Notes: generated by a model from the letters alone, not told the origin. A DNA stretch of 64,000 nt from Candidatus Poribacteria bacterium (GCA_965242965.1 OZ251518.1:4288001-4352000), one strand, 5' to 3'. Counted from the first letter of the stretch, positions 48,276-58,258 are shown. Numbers and translations are program-made.

Positions 48276-49340
48276 TTGCAAAGGAAAAATTCCATTTTGA
48301 GCACCGAAACGCGCCTCAAAACCATTCTCAATACATTCCGCGATGTGCGCATCCTTGTCATCGGCGATTTTTATCTCGATGCCTATTGGCACATCGACAA
48401 AACGCGCTCCACTCTGTCGCTGGAAACGCCGTGGCATACCAACCCTGTCGTCGAGCAACGTTATAGTCCCGGCGCAGCAGGCACCGTCACGAATAATCTG
48501 AACGCTTTGGGAGTCGGCAAAATCTACACACTCGGCGTTATCGGGAAAGACGGGTTTGGACAGACTCTCCTGAACTGCCTGCGGGAAAAGGGATGCATCA
48601 CCGATTTCATGATTCAGGCACCTGAACGAGTGACACCTACCTATCTCAAGCCGATGCATCGCGGTTATGAAGGCGTGGAAAACGAAGGACCGCGGTTTGA
48701 TATTGAAAACCAAGTGCCGATGGCGGAAGCTGTTGAAAACCGCGTTATCAGCGCGCTTCACGAATGCTTGCCACGCGTCGATGCCGTTATCATCGGAGAT
48801 CAGATGCCGCACGAGAATTTGGGTGTGGTTACGACAAAGGTGAGAGAGACGCTTTGCGAACTTGCATTAGAGTTTCCGGAAAAGATCTTTTTCGCCGATT
48901 CCCGCACGCGCATCGGCGCATACCGCAACGTCATCGTGAAACCGAATCGGTTTGAGGCGATGCGCGCCGTTGAACCAGAGTGGAGTGGAGAATCTGTTGA
49001 CAGAGAAACGGCGGAACGATGCGCGCGCATCCTCGCGGAACGGACAGGAAAGCCTGTCTACGTGACGCTTGGTGCGGAGGGTATTCTCGTCTGTAATCAG
49101 GGGAAGATTACGCACATCCCCGGCATCCCCTTGGAGTGTGCGGCAGACCCGGTTGGCGCGGGAGATAGCGTCTCTGCAGGGCTCGTGGCGACGCTGTGTA
49201 CGACGCGCGGTTTGGACAGCGTGAATCTCGCCGCGTATGTCGGGAATCTCGTCGCGGCCATCACCGTCACTAAACTCGGCGAGACAGGGACAGCTTCACC
49301 CGAAGAAATCCTCCAACGCCATCGGAGTTTCAACCCATGA
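48276..49340 (+). CDS. PfkB-family kinase (HldE/RfaE domain I-like)
   Basis: VIGDFYLD, PGAAGTV..NL..LG, KPNRFE, TLGAEG, DPVGAGD. Confidence 0.85.
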   Translation: MQRKNSILSTETRLKTILNTFRDVRILVIGDFYLDAYWHIDKTRSTLSLETPWHTNPVVEQRYSPGAAGTVTNNLNALGVGKIYTLGVIGKDGFGQTLLNCLREKGCITDFMIQAPERVTPTYLKPMHRGYEGVENEGPRFDIENQVPMAEAVENRVISALHECLPRVDAVIIGDQMPHENLGVVTTKVRETLCELALEFPEKIFFADSRTRIGAYRNVIVKPNRFEAMRAVEPEWSGESVDRETAERCARILAERTGKPVYVTLGAEGILVCNQGKITHIPGIPLECAADPVGAGDSVSAGLVATLCTTRGLDSVNLAAYVGNLVAAITVTKLGETGTASPEEILQRHRSFNP

Positions 49341-50110
49341 ACGTTTTTGATGCCATCACCCAACGCCGCAGCCATCGCGGCGATTTCCAGCAACGCGCCC
49401 TTGACGAGGCAGATATCGGGAAACTCATCGAAGCGGCGCGATGGGCACCCTCGCCGTTTAATGTCCAACCTTGGGATTTGCTCCTCATCCGAGAGCCCGA
49501 AGCGAAAACGCGCCTCGCCGAGTTGACAGAAACCGCCATCGTCGCGCAATTCAAAGACGCGAAATTTCTGGACGATAACAGCCGATGGATGCGCCTCACC
49601 GAGGCAGAATGGCAAGAACGCGGCGACGGCGTGCTCTTGACAGAACACGTCACGCTGCCGAAGTTTCTGCAAAGTTCACCGGAAAAGTTGAAACCGCTTT
49701 TAGACAACGCAAAATCGTTGAAGATTTTGGGACATTTAGGGGCGGGAAAAAAGCCTGCGAAAGAGATTGCGCAACAGGTGCGCGACGCGCCACTGCTGCT
49801 CTTAGTGACGATGGATTGCCAAAAACGTCCGCCGGGTGAGGGGGCAAAACGATGGATGTGGCTCAGCATCGGCATGCTGATTCAGAACTTACTCCTCGCC
49901 GCCACCGCGCTCGGTATCGGTGTGCAATTCGTGAGCGCGCCTTTGGAAAGCGAGGAGCATCGCGATAAAATCCGAGAACTTTTCAACCTGCCGGAACAGC
50001 ATGAGGTAATGACACTGCTCAGACTCGGTTACGTTGACAGAACCGGTGGGAATGCTGTCAGGTTGGAAGCATCGGATTTTGTGCATTTTGAGAGATACGG
50101 CGAGGGATAG
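49337..50110 (+). CDS. Nitroreductase family protein
   Basis: AITQRRSHR, AARWAPS..NVQPW, QNLLLAATALG. Confidence 0.88.
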   Translation: MNVFDAITQRRSHRGDFQQRALDEADIGKLIEAARWAPSPFNVQPWDLLLIREPEAKTRLAELTETAIVAQFKDAKFLDDNSRWMRLTEAEWQERGDGVLLTEHVTLPKFLQSSPEKLKPLLDNAKSLKILGHLGAGKKPAKEIAQQVRDAPLLLLVTMDCQKRPPGEGAKRWMWLSIGMLIQNLLLAATALGIGVQFVSAPLESEEHRDKIRELFNLPEQHEVMTLLRLGYVDRTGGNAVRLEASDFVHFERYGEG

Positions 50111-50142
50111 ATTTTCCCTCGCCCTACGATGACGCGCGACAC

Positions 50143-50256
50143 CTAGCGATTCGCCAACAACTCTTTCAGTGCAGCTTTTTTCTTTTTCAGTCGCCGTTGC
50201 TGGCGTTGGCGAATCTGGGTCCGCCGGCGGACCTGGCCGCTTTTACTGCGTGGCAT
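50143..50256 (-). CDS. 37-aa highly basic small protein
   Basis: MPRSKSGQVRRRTQIRQRQQRRLKKKKAALKELLANR preceded by a perfect SD (AAGGAGGTGA). Confidence 0.7.
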   Translation of the reverse strand: MPRSKSGQVRRRTQIRQRQQRRLKKKKAALKELLANR

Positions 50257-50309
50257 AAGTTCACCTCCTTTGTGATAGAAATTCATATCCGTAGTTCGTG
50301 TTCCTGTCG

Positions 50310-50765
50310 GACAGTTCCCCCGGTCTCGATGCAATAGGGCGGCGAACCTCCCGGGGCCGCGATGGCAGAAAGCCCCCCTTCCTCGTAGGGCGAGGGCCCT
50401 CGGATGCCACACGCGCATCCGAGCGGGTTTCCCTCGCCATCGCCCGCGCGCCAGGTCCTGTAGGGCAAGATCGTCTGAAGCTCTGGCATTTGCCAAGCGA
50501 TCCTGAACTGTTTGTGATCAGGCGATCACAAACTACAGAGGAGGAAACACACATCATGACGATGGAGCTCGCGGGGGACAGGCCCCCGCGCTACGATAAA
50601 AAACGCCTCCCTCACCCCTCACCGTAGTGCGAGGGCCCTCGCATGCCACACGCGCATGCGAGAGGGTTTCCCTCGCCATCGTGCGTGCACGCGGAATCCA
50701 ACGCTCGCGGGGGACAGGCCCCCGCGCTACGGGAACCTCGAGACCAGGAGGTCTCTCCTACAGTT
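50310..50765. repeat. Mosaic REP-like array
   Basis: Same modules as 52540-52950 (nested GTAGGGCGAGGG hairpin, TTTGTGATCAGGCGATCACAAACTAC, GAGACCAGGAGGTCTCTCCTAC). Confidence 0.85.
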
Positions 50766-50768
50766 TCA

Positions 50769-52046
50769 TCAAGATTGAATGGTTTTGGCGAGATACATGA
50801 GAGCCTCTTCACACACCTCTTGAATCTCCTCCATCGCGACGATGAGTCCCTCTTCCGAACGGGCATGCAACTGAAGCCGCTCCTCAGTCAGCGTGATGTA
50901 GAGTTCGCGTTCAACATCAACAAATTCGATTTGCGTTTCTGTCTCTGCCGCGATGACGAAAGTTGCCGTGCCTTCAAAAATTTCACGTGTTGCCATCCCC
51001 TCGAAATTTTTATAGAGGGCGCGCGCGGCGAGTTCGTCTGGCGTAAAGGTCGGAATTGGTGGTTCTTCTTCCAGAGTGGGTTCAGGCTCTGGTTCAGGTG
51101 CCGGCTCCGGATCTTCTAGCTCCTCTGGCTCTTCGGGCTCCGCTGGCTCCTCTGGCTCTTCGCTAACAGGTTCCGGTTCAACCTCAACCGGCGGCGATTC
51201 AGGTTCTTCCGGTGCCTCTTCTTCGTCAGGCGTATCCGGCGTTTCCTCATCGTCCTCATTCGCGGGCGTTTCCCCCGCTGCCGCATCTGAGAAGAGGGAG
51301 AGCGAATCTGCGGAAGCATAGGATGCCGCGGACTCCGTTTCATACTCCAAGACATCAGAGAGGATCTCTTTCACGTCATCACGTCCCTCAAATGCGACAT
51401 CCGGCTCTTCCACTATCATCCGTAGCGTTTGGATGCCGATAGTTTGAATGAGCGGGTGGAACACCAGCATTTCTGTCGGTGCTACCTCAAAGAGCGAGCG
51501 TGCGACGAGTGCCACCTCCGCCATATCGCGATTGCCGATGAGTTTCAACCGCGTTTCGCATGCTGTCAACGCCTGTATCAGACGCTGCATGAATTCCGGT
51601 GTCACTAAGTGCGGCAGCACCTCCGTGCGGAAATGTTCGCAGGCGCGCTCCGCCTTCTGCATCTGCAAGTCCTGCTGTGAGAAGCTGTCCGGGCTGACTT
51701 GACTCTCTGGTGGAGTTTCCATCAGCACAAGCTCTTCTGACGCTTCCTCCGGAGAATCCGAAGGTGCCTCTTCTGCCGCGCTGTCCATCTCATAGTCCTC
51801 AAGGAGTTCTGTCACCCAGGTGTACATCAATTCAAAATCGAAGTGCACATTCTCCAATTCGGGTTCGTTGAGGAGTTCGCGGCTCTGCGAGATACAAGCG
51901 TGCAGCCGCTCCTTTTCCGATTTCTCGTAAGGGAGCCTGCGTTGCTTTTCTACGGCTATCTGTTTTTGACGTGATTTCCGGTCGCGATTGCGTTTTTCAC
52001 GCTTCCGCGCCACATTCGCGGACCGGCGCGCTTTTTTCTTTGCCAT
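50769..52046 (-). CDS. Hypothetical protein with a basic N-terminus and a long Glu/Pro-rich linker
   Basis: 425-aa ORF; MAKKKARR... start; EPE-rich low-complexity region. Confidence 0.7.
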   Translation of the reverse strand: MAKKKARRSANVARKREKRNRDRKSRQKQIAVEKQRRLPYEKSEKERLHACISQSRELLNEPELENVHFDFELMYTWVTELLEDYEMDSAAEEAPSDSPEEASEELVLMETPPESQVSPDSFSQQDLQMQKAERACEHFRTEVLPHLVTPEFMQRLIQALTACETRLKLIGNRDMAEVALVARSLFEVAPTEMLVFHPLIQTIGIQTLRMIVEEPDVAFEGRDDVKEILSDVLEYETESAASYASADSLSLFSDAAAGETPANEDDEETPDTPDEEEAPEEPESPPVEVEPEPVSEEPEEPAEPEEPEELEDPEPAPEPEPEPTLEEEPPIPTFTPDELAARALYKNFEGMATREIFEGTATFVIAAETETQIEFVDVERELYITLTEERLQLHARSEEGLIVAMEEIQEVCEEALMYLAKTIQS

Positions 52047-52173
52047 TGTCCTAATCTTTTTTTGCCTCGCCAGCGGCGAGAAATGCAGGCGGCGTTGAAT
52101 GACGGGGCCGCCCTTCAGTTATCTTTCTGGGACTTCAAACAAACTGTCATTTTAAAGTTTACCATCTTTTTAT

Positions 52174-52240
52174 AGTATATAGCAAGATAAAAAGTTTTGT
52201 CAAGCGAAAATTTGACATTCTCCAGAAAATCTGGTATATT
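52174..52240. promoter_or_regulatory. Back-to-back sigma70-like promoters
   Basis: Plus strand TTGACA(52212)-N17-TATATT; minus strand TTGACA(52203)-N18-TATACT. Confidence 0.6.
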
Positions 52241-52272
52241 ACGCGTAGTTTAAATCTAACCTGAGTAGTTAG

Positions 52273-52440
52273 GGCATCCATGCTGTCGACATGATTTTAT
52301 CCGACATCGCGCGCTCCCTCGGCTTTGCGGTAGAGAAGATTCTCGTCGTGCCGGGAAAGAAGGGAAATAGCAGTCAGCAGATGGGTGTGTATGGGAGGGT
52401 GCTGCTGCGGAAGTGTGTCACTGTTTGGCGGAAGCGATGA
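52273..52440 (+). pseudogene. C-terminal remnant of an N4-cytosine-type DNA methyltransferase
   Basis: Translates GIHAVDMILSDIARSLGFAVEKILVVPGKKGNSSQQMGVYGRVLLRKCVTVWRKR*; KGNSSQQMG..GR is recalled from BsoBI/AvaI-like MTase C-termini. Confidence 0.6.
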
Positions 52441-52463
52441 GTGACTATCGTTGGCATTTAACT

Positions 52464-53004
52464 CAAGGTGTTTCATAAATCCGTGTAGGCGCGCCCTCCC
52501 GGTCTTGATACGAGCGATGTCCCGGTAGGAGAGACCTCCTGGTCTCGATGCAATAGGGCGGCGCGCCTACCGGAGCCGCGGCGGCAGAAAGCCCCTTCAT
52601 CGTAGGGCGAGGGCCCTCGGATGCCATACGCGCATCCGAGCGGGTTTCCCTCGCCAGCGTTTTGCTGCCAGACCCCTTCACCCCTGTAGGTCAGGATCGC
52701 CCGATCCTGACCTGTTTGTGATCAGGCGATCACAAACTACAGCGGCGGAAACACACATCAGGACGATGGAGCTCGCGGGGGACAGGCAACCGCACTACGA
52801 TGAAAAAAACGCCACTCCCTCACCGTAGGGCGAGGGCCTGTCCCTCGCCATCGTTCATGCACAATCCAACGCTCGCGGAGGACAGGCAACCGCACTACGG
52901 GAAAATCGAGACCGGGAGGGCTATTGCATCGAGACCAGGAGGTCTCTCCTACCGGCGCGCAGGAGCTGTCACCGCGACGTTGAGCGATTTATGAAACCCC
53001 CTCA
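52464..53004. mobile_element. MITE-like REP mosaic bounded by imperfect inverted repeats
   Basis: AAGGTGTTTCATAAATC ... GATTTATGAAACCCCCTC; no coding capacity; interior made of REP modules. Confidence 0.7.
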
Positions 53005-53312
53005 ATTAATAAGGTATCAACTAATCTTGTGAACTTTTTTCGTTGCAAATTTCTGTCTTTTATGGTATTTTAGAGTTCACGGACATTTGCATGTCAAGAA
53101 AGTATACATGAATCGGGTGCCAGTCTCCGGTAGGACCGTTGCGCAGAAGGCAGAGAGCTCTCGGGTTTTGTGGAGAATAAGTTTCACATCCCCATGAAAA
53201 CCATGAGGGTATGCGCCGGAACGGGGATCGGTTTTGTAGTCTATCGGCTGTATCGGTTAACAGACGTGGTAATTGAGCAGAAGCATCGGAATGGGAAATG
53301 GAGGGATACGAG

Positions 53313-54362
53313 ATGAAAATTCCATTTAACTTTTACGATTTTTTGGGATACGCGTTCCCTGGGTTCGTCGTCATAATCATAGCGTTTATTTTGATAAATC
53401 CGGAGTTGTCGTTGGAATTTATTCTGAAAGTCACAACTCTAGATGCAACGCCTACAGATCAAACCGAGCCAGCAAAAAGCGGGTTAGAAAGGTCTTTGCC
53501 TACTAGCATATTTCAGATGATTTTCTACGTACTCGCTTGTTATCTCGTTGGACTTGCGGTCCACGGATTCACTGATTGGTTTTTCGCGACACTTTCAAAA
53601 AAATGGGAGCCGCTGAAAAGATATTATTCCGATCAAGGGACGTTTGAAAGGGGACTATTTGACTCTAGTTATAGAGAAGATCCTACAGACTTTGTCCCCT
53701 ACTCAGACCATTTTGTGGGCAAGTTGAAAACGCAGATCGAGAAAATTTTTGATGTCAAAGTAGATAGAATCATGCGTGAAGCAGGAGATTGGGTAGGGGA
53801 TCAAAAGTATATGGAGATTTTTGAATTTTGTCGTAGCGCGGTTATCGAACGGAGCCCCGCGCACTATTCACGTGCTTTTGCGTTGTTATCTCTCTACAAC
53901 TCTGCCAGACTTCTAGGAGGGATATTTCTTCTTGCAACAGTAGGATTTTTGGTGCGAATTTTTGTCCCGCAGCAACCCTTTGAGTGGACATGGCTCGCAG
54001 TCTACATTTTGATTTTATGGCTTCTTTGGATTGGGAAAAAGGGAGAAAAATCAAATGACTCTGCGAAAAAAAGATCCAAGAAGGGCTGCACAAAATCAAT
54101 AGGATTTGCTTATTGGGCAGTTGGGGGATTGGGGGCATTAGTGGCATTGGTGCGGTTATGGATTGATGCTCCTACTCCTCAAAATGAGGTAGGGGATTTC
54201 AAGACCCTATTCTGGGGTTATTGCGTCAGTGCAGCCCTATGCCCCATATTTTTCTACCTCTATAACCTTTTCAGGAGGTATTACCGCAACAGCATTATCT
54301 ACGGGTTTTATGAATACGCTGTAACCCGCGAAAAGGATACGGAGAAGTCCAATGCCACGTGA
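53313..54362 (+). CDS. AT-rich multi-TM hypothetical membrane protein
   Basis: GGAGG RBS; FNFYDFLGYAFPG N-terminus; about 6-7 hydrophobic segments. Confidence 0.7.
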   Translation: MKIPFNFYDFLGYAFPGFVVIIIAFILINPELSLEFILKVTTLDATPTDQTEPAKSGLERSLPTSIFQMIFYVLACYLVGLAVHGFTDWFFATLSKKWEPLKRYYSDQGTFERGLFDSSYREDPTDFVPYSDHFVGKLKTQIEKIFDVKVDRIMREAGDWVGDQKYMEIFEFCRSAVIERSPAHYSRAFALLSLYNSARLLGGIFLLATVGFLVRIFVPQQPFEWTWLAVYILILWLLWIGKKGEKSNDSAKKRSKKGCTKSIGFAYWAVGGLGALVALVRLWIDAPTPQNEVGDFKTLFWGYCVSAALCPIFFYLYNLFRRYYRNSIIYGFYEYAVTREKDTEKSNAT

Positions 54363-54439
54363 TGTCGCGAAGTTGAGTGAGGTGGTGTGTCATAAATCTA
54401 TTTCGGTAGTTATCTCCCCGTTGGGGAGCGGGCGAATAT

Positions 54440-54630
54440 CGTAGGGCGAGGGCCCTCGGATGCCACACGCGCATGCGAGAGGGTTTCCCTCGCCATCGTC
54501 CGCGCAATCCAACGCATGCGGGGGACAGACCCCCGCACTACGATAAAAACGGTTCTTAGGTCCTAAAGGCCCTAAAACGCCACCGCTTGACGATAGACAA
54601 CGCGGGGGACAGGCCCCCGCGCTACGGAAA
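54440..54630. repeat. REP-like cluster
   Basis: Nested GTAGGGCGAGGG hairpin and inverted GGGGACAGGCCCCCGCGCTAC units. Confidence 0.8.
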
Positions 54631-54644
54631 ATAGGGACAGCACG

Positions 54645-56162
54645 TCAATATAGCAACCGAATCTGTTCCCCGCCGTGATGCATCTCCGCCTGCTGACGCG
54701 TGTCAACCATCCATTGCTGCGGTAGAATGACATCTGGCACCCCTGTTTTAAAATAGTGCTCGGCAATCTGCCAAAACTGAATCCGCGGGATGCGGGTATT
54801 CCCAATCGTCAGGAAACCTTCTCGCGCCGCTTGTGCACGCATGCCATCGGTGGGTGCAGTAAGCGTGACGAAAATGCCCATGTCTGCCCCTTGGTCGCGC
54901 ATCGCCGTGCGGAAATCGCGCAGCATCCCCCGATTCAGATGCTTGCCCGATTTGACTTCCACCAAAATATGGGTATAATGCTCAACCCCTTCCTTGACAT
55001 GCGTCAGCACACTGCCATGGCCGTCAAACCCATCGTCCCCTGTTTTTCGTGTGACAGCGATTTTGGGAAGCAACCCAATCACCCATGCCTCAAATCCAAA
55101 CCGGTCCATCTCAGCCAATTTCATGGCATCTTGCAGGCTTTGAGGATATCCATGCACTTGGTAATCAACCCCGCGCGTGAACGTCTCCGGATGCCGTTGC
55201 TGCATCCGGCGGAGAATAGGCTCAATCGCCAAAATGGTTTTGTCTATCCCAATCCACCGGCGGTTAAGTCCGTGCGCCGCATCAATCGTCGTACCGCACC
55301 CACAGAACGGATCTAACACTAAATCGCCTTCGTTTGACGACGCTTTGATAATGCGTTCCAGCAGCGCAAGCGGTTTCTGCGTCTCATACCCCAACCGCTC
55401 TTTGGACGAAGTGTTCAGTTGCAATCCCTTCTCCACCCACAGCGATGTCAACGGCGTGCCGAGGTTCTCGTCAAGATACTTGATTTTCGGCTTGCCGGTT
55501 TCTTGATATTTCCGCCCGCGCAACTTCGCGTACTGCCGTCCATCCGCATCAACGTATTTATACTCCTGCCGAATGTAGTCCTCCGACAACGGTTCATATT
55601 GGACGTTGAAGCAGTGCTTATCCCCCTTCGTGTAGTAGAGAATCGCATCGGTTTGCGTTGAAAACTTTTTCGTCGCATTGTTCTTAACGCCGGCATACTT
55701 CCGCCAGACGATTTCATTCCGAAACCGATGAAACCCGAAAATGTTATCCACAAGCAGTTTCAGATAATGCGACATCTTCGCATCACAGTGTAGATAGAAA
55801 CTGCCTGTCTCTTTTAGCACGCGATGGATGTGGCAGAGACGCGGTGCCATGAAGGCGAGATACGCCATCCGCCACGACTCGTTTTCAACGGCGCGGAAAG
55901 CGGCTAACAATTGCGCAGCCTTCGGATAATCGCCCGCGAGTTCGTGCATCAGATGTGCATAATCCGTTTCGGAATTTTCGCCCCACTTCCAGATATCGGT
56001 ATATGCCTTCGTTTGCGTGCTGCTTTTCTTGCCCTTGGTGTGCAAAAAAACGTTGTAATCGCGACCGGTGCCGAAGGGCGGGTCGGCGTAACAGATGTCC
56101 ACGCCGCGGTCGGACATCGTTTGCATGACTTCGAGATTGTCGCTAAAGTAGAGATGATTCAT
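54645..56162 (-). CDS. DNA methyltransferase (N6/N4) fused to a C-terminal Mrr-like PD-(D/E)xK domain
   Basis: YADPPF, YETQKP..LLERII, DPFCGCGTT; C-terminal FE.W...GDDGFDG...VEVKSG. Confidence 0.88.
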   Translation of the reverse strand: MNHLYFSDNLEVMQTMSDRGVDICYADPPFGTGRDYNVFLHTKGKKSSTQTKAYTDIWKWGENSETDYAHLMHELAGDYPKAAQLLAAFRAVENESWRMAYLAFMAPRLCHIHRVLKETGSFYLHCDAKMSHYLKLLVDNIFGFHRFRNEIVWRKYAGVKNNATKKFSTQTDAILYYTKGDKHCFNVQYEPLSEDYIRQEYKYVDADGRQYAKLRGRKYQETGKPKIKYLDENLGTPLTSLWVEKGLQLNTSSKERLGYETQKPLALLERIIKASSNEGDLVLDPFCGCGTTIDAAHGLNRRWIGIDKTILAIEPILRRMQQRHPETFTRGVDYQVHGYPQSLQDAMKLAEMDRFGFEAWVIGLLPKIAVTRKTGDDGFDGHGSVLTHVKEGVEHYTHILVEVKSGKHLNRGMLRDFRTAMRDQGADMGIFVTLTAPTDGMRAQAAREGFLTIGNTRIPRIQFWQIAEHYFKTGVPDVILPQQWMVDTRQQAEMHHGGEQIRLLY

Positions 56163-56268
56163 CGTTTAAAATTACCCAGCGGTAGACGCGGTTTGTAACC
56201 GCGCACGTATTCAATGACGCAGTTACAAACCAATGCCTACCGGGTCCGTTTCCCGTATGTCCTGCTAC

Positions 56269-57054
56269 TTAACGCAGCCGCTTGATTTTGCCCCATGAAG
56301 TGGCAAGTTTGTCCTGCGCATCGACAGCCGTTAAGAACCCAGACATACCGACATCCATGCTCTCTTTCACTTCGTCAGCGGAGAGCGCACGGTTCCAGAG
56401 ACGCACCTCGTCAACCAGACCCGGCCATGCCTCCCCAGACCAGGTGCCGATCTGGAGTTGGCTCGGCGTTCCCGCAGGCGCGACAGGATTGTTAGTCTCC
56501 TGCGCGAGTGTCACTTCACCATCAACGTAAATCTCCACCAACCCGTTGTTGTCGGAGGTATGCGTATAGGCGAGATAATACCACTTGCCGAGCTCCAATG
56601 CGGTGTCGTTATCGTTGACATCCAAGAACCCGCCGGCGGCACCGTTCGTCCACACCTTCAGGCCGTTGGCGGGGTTCATGCCGAAGCCGAAGCCGATGTG
56701 TCTGCCAACGCCGCCCGAGCGAGTGCCGAAGATAATCGCGTGCGCGCTCGGTAACCGCGTGAGATTCACCCACGCCGCCTGCGTGATGGCATCTTCAATG
56801 TGGAACGCCGCGTCATCTTCAACCGCGACGAAATCCGCAGCAGCAGCGAATTCGAGTGCCATCCCGTGCTTGCCATCTACCCACTTCGCATCGCCGTTGA
56901 GTTCACCGGTGAACCCGTTTTCCGAGAAGTCTCCGGTACTCGTCCCTGTGCCTTCGTCAAGAGGCATGTAAAGCACGAGCCCATCCATCAAATCCGCGGC
57001 CGCGTAAGTGCAGCAAGCCACGGCAAAAATTAGCATCATCAATAAGTATTTCAT
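56269..57054 (-). CDS. Secreted LamG/concanavalin-like domain protein with C-terminal KLATSWGKIK motif
   Basis: LVLYMPLDEG.G, W.DGK.G.ALEF, IYVDG, DEVRLWNRALS. Confidence 0.88.
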   Translation of the reverse strand: MKYLLMMLIFAVACCTYAAADLMDGLVLYMPLDEGTGTSTGDFSENGFTGELNGDAKWVDGKHGMALEFAAAADFVAVEDDAAFHIEDAITQAAWVNLTRLPSAHAIIFGTRSGGVGRHIGFGFGMNPANGLKVWTNGAAGGFLDVNDNDTALELGKWYYLAYTHTSDNNGLVEIYVDGEVTLAQETNNPVAPAGTPSQLQIGTWSGEAWPGLVDEVRLWNRALSADEVKESMDVGMSGFLTAVDAQDKLATSWGKIKRLR

Positions 57055-57135
57055 CTTTTCCTCCTATTGGAATTGTAATGAGAATATAATAACAGAAACC
57101 GCGTAGGTTTGTCAAGTTTCTGTCGTTTGAGATTG

Positions 57136-57350
57136 GAAATCCTGCTCATATCTTGCTAATCTCGAAAATCTTGTAAATCCTGCTCCTTTCTTGCTCATCT
57201 TGTAAATCCGGAGCAGGATTATCACGATTATCAGGATTTACCAGGATTCTGAACCCATAATCGTGAAAATCTTGTAAATCTTGTAAATCCTGCTCATATC
57301 CTGCTCCTCTCTTGTAAATCTTGTAAATCCTGCTCCTAATCCTGCTCCTG
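57136..57350. repeat. Degenerate ~9-nt tandem repeat with an internal inverted arm
   Basis: AAATCTTGT / AAATCCTGCTC units; reverse-oriented GAGCAGGATT...CAGGATT at ~57211-57248. Confidence 0.8.
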
Positions 57351-57352
57351 AT

Positions 57353-57381
57353 TTGACATTCCCCCCAAAATGTGGTATAAT
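57353..57381 (+). promoter_or_regulatory. Consensus sigma70 promoter
   Basis: TTGACA-N17-TATAAT with TG extension, followed by AGGAGG RBS. Confidence 0.8.
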
Positions 57382-57404
57382 AAATATGCAGGAGGTAAAC
57401 TAAA

Positions 57405-58241
57405 ATGAAAAACCAAACCCAAGACGCGCAATATACGATGGGGCGCAGTGAAGCCGAGACCAGGCGTTTAATCGAACAATCGCAACTCTATGACGGCGTA
57501 ACCCGGCGGTTTCTCAACGCCGCGGGCATCGGGAAGGGGATGAAAGTCCTTGACATCGGCAGCGGCGCGGGAGACGTGGCACTGACGCTTGCCGAATTTG
57601 TCGGAAACGATGGCACTGTTGTCGGCGTAGATGTGAACGCCGAGATCCTCGAAACGGCACGAAGCCGTGCGGAAATGGCAGGAATCACAAACGTTGAATT
57701 CATCGCAGGCGATGCGCGCACGCTGGATTTGCCAGACGATTTCGATGCCATCGTCGGCAGGCTAGTTTTGATGTATATGGCAGAACCGGGGGATGCGCTG
57801 AAGCAGTTGGCGACGCGCTTGAGGCCCGGCGGCATCGTCGCCTTTCAGGAAATTGAATTGACGTTCTACCGTGCCCTCGCGCATCCCGATACACCGCTCG
57901 TCAATAAACTGACCGCGGGGGCAATCGCCGTGTTTGAGCAGTCTGGGGCGCACATCGGCATGGGCCTCCACCTTTACCGTGCTTTCGTTGACGCGGGGCT
58001 GCCCGAACCGACGCTCCATTTTGAGACACCGATGGGCGGTCCCGCGGCATGGCCCGGTTACGAGTTCCTCGCGAATAGTATCCGAAGCATTCTCCCCCTG
58101 ATGGAGAAATACGGCATCGCAACCGCCGAAGATGTAGAAGTGGACACGTTAGCAGAGCGGTTGCGCGCGGAAGTTGTCGCCGCGAAACGTCCGCTTCTCC
58201 TGCCGCCGCATATCACCGCCTACGCAACGCGACCGGAATAA
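57405..58241 (+). CDS. Class I SAM-dependent methyltransferase (paralogue 1)
   Basis: E..RL.EQ, VLDIGSGAGDV, GVD, FDAIVGR.VLMY, LRPGG.VAFQE. Confidence 0.9.
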   Translation: MKNQTQDAQYTMGRSEAETRRLIEQSQLYDGVTRRFLNAAGIGKGMKVLDIGSGAGDVALTLAEFVGNDGTVVGVDVNAEILETARSRAEMAGITNVEFIAGDARTLDLPDDFDAIVGRLVLMYMAEPGDALKQLATRLRPGGIVAFQEIELTFYRALAHPDTPLVNKLTAGAIAVFEQSGAHIGMGLHLYRAFVDAGLPEPTLHFETPMGGPAAWPGYEFLANSIRSILPLMEKYGIATAEDVEVDTLAERLRAEVVAAKRPLLLPPHITAYATRPE

Positions 58242-58258
58242 AGGAATTTGAGTCTATC

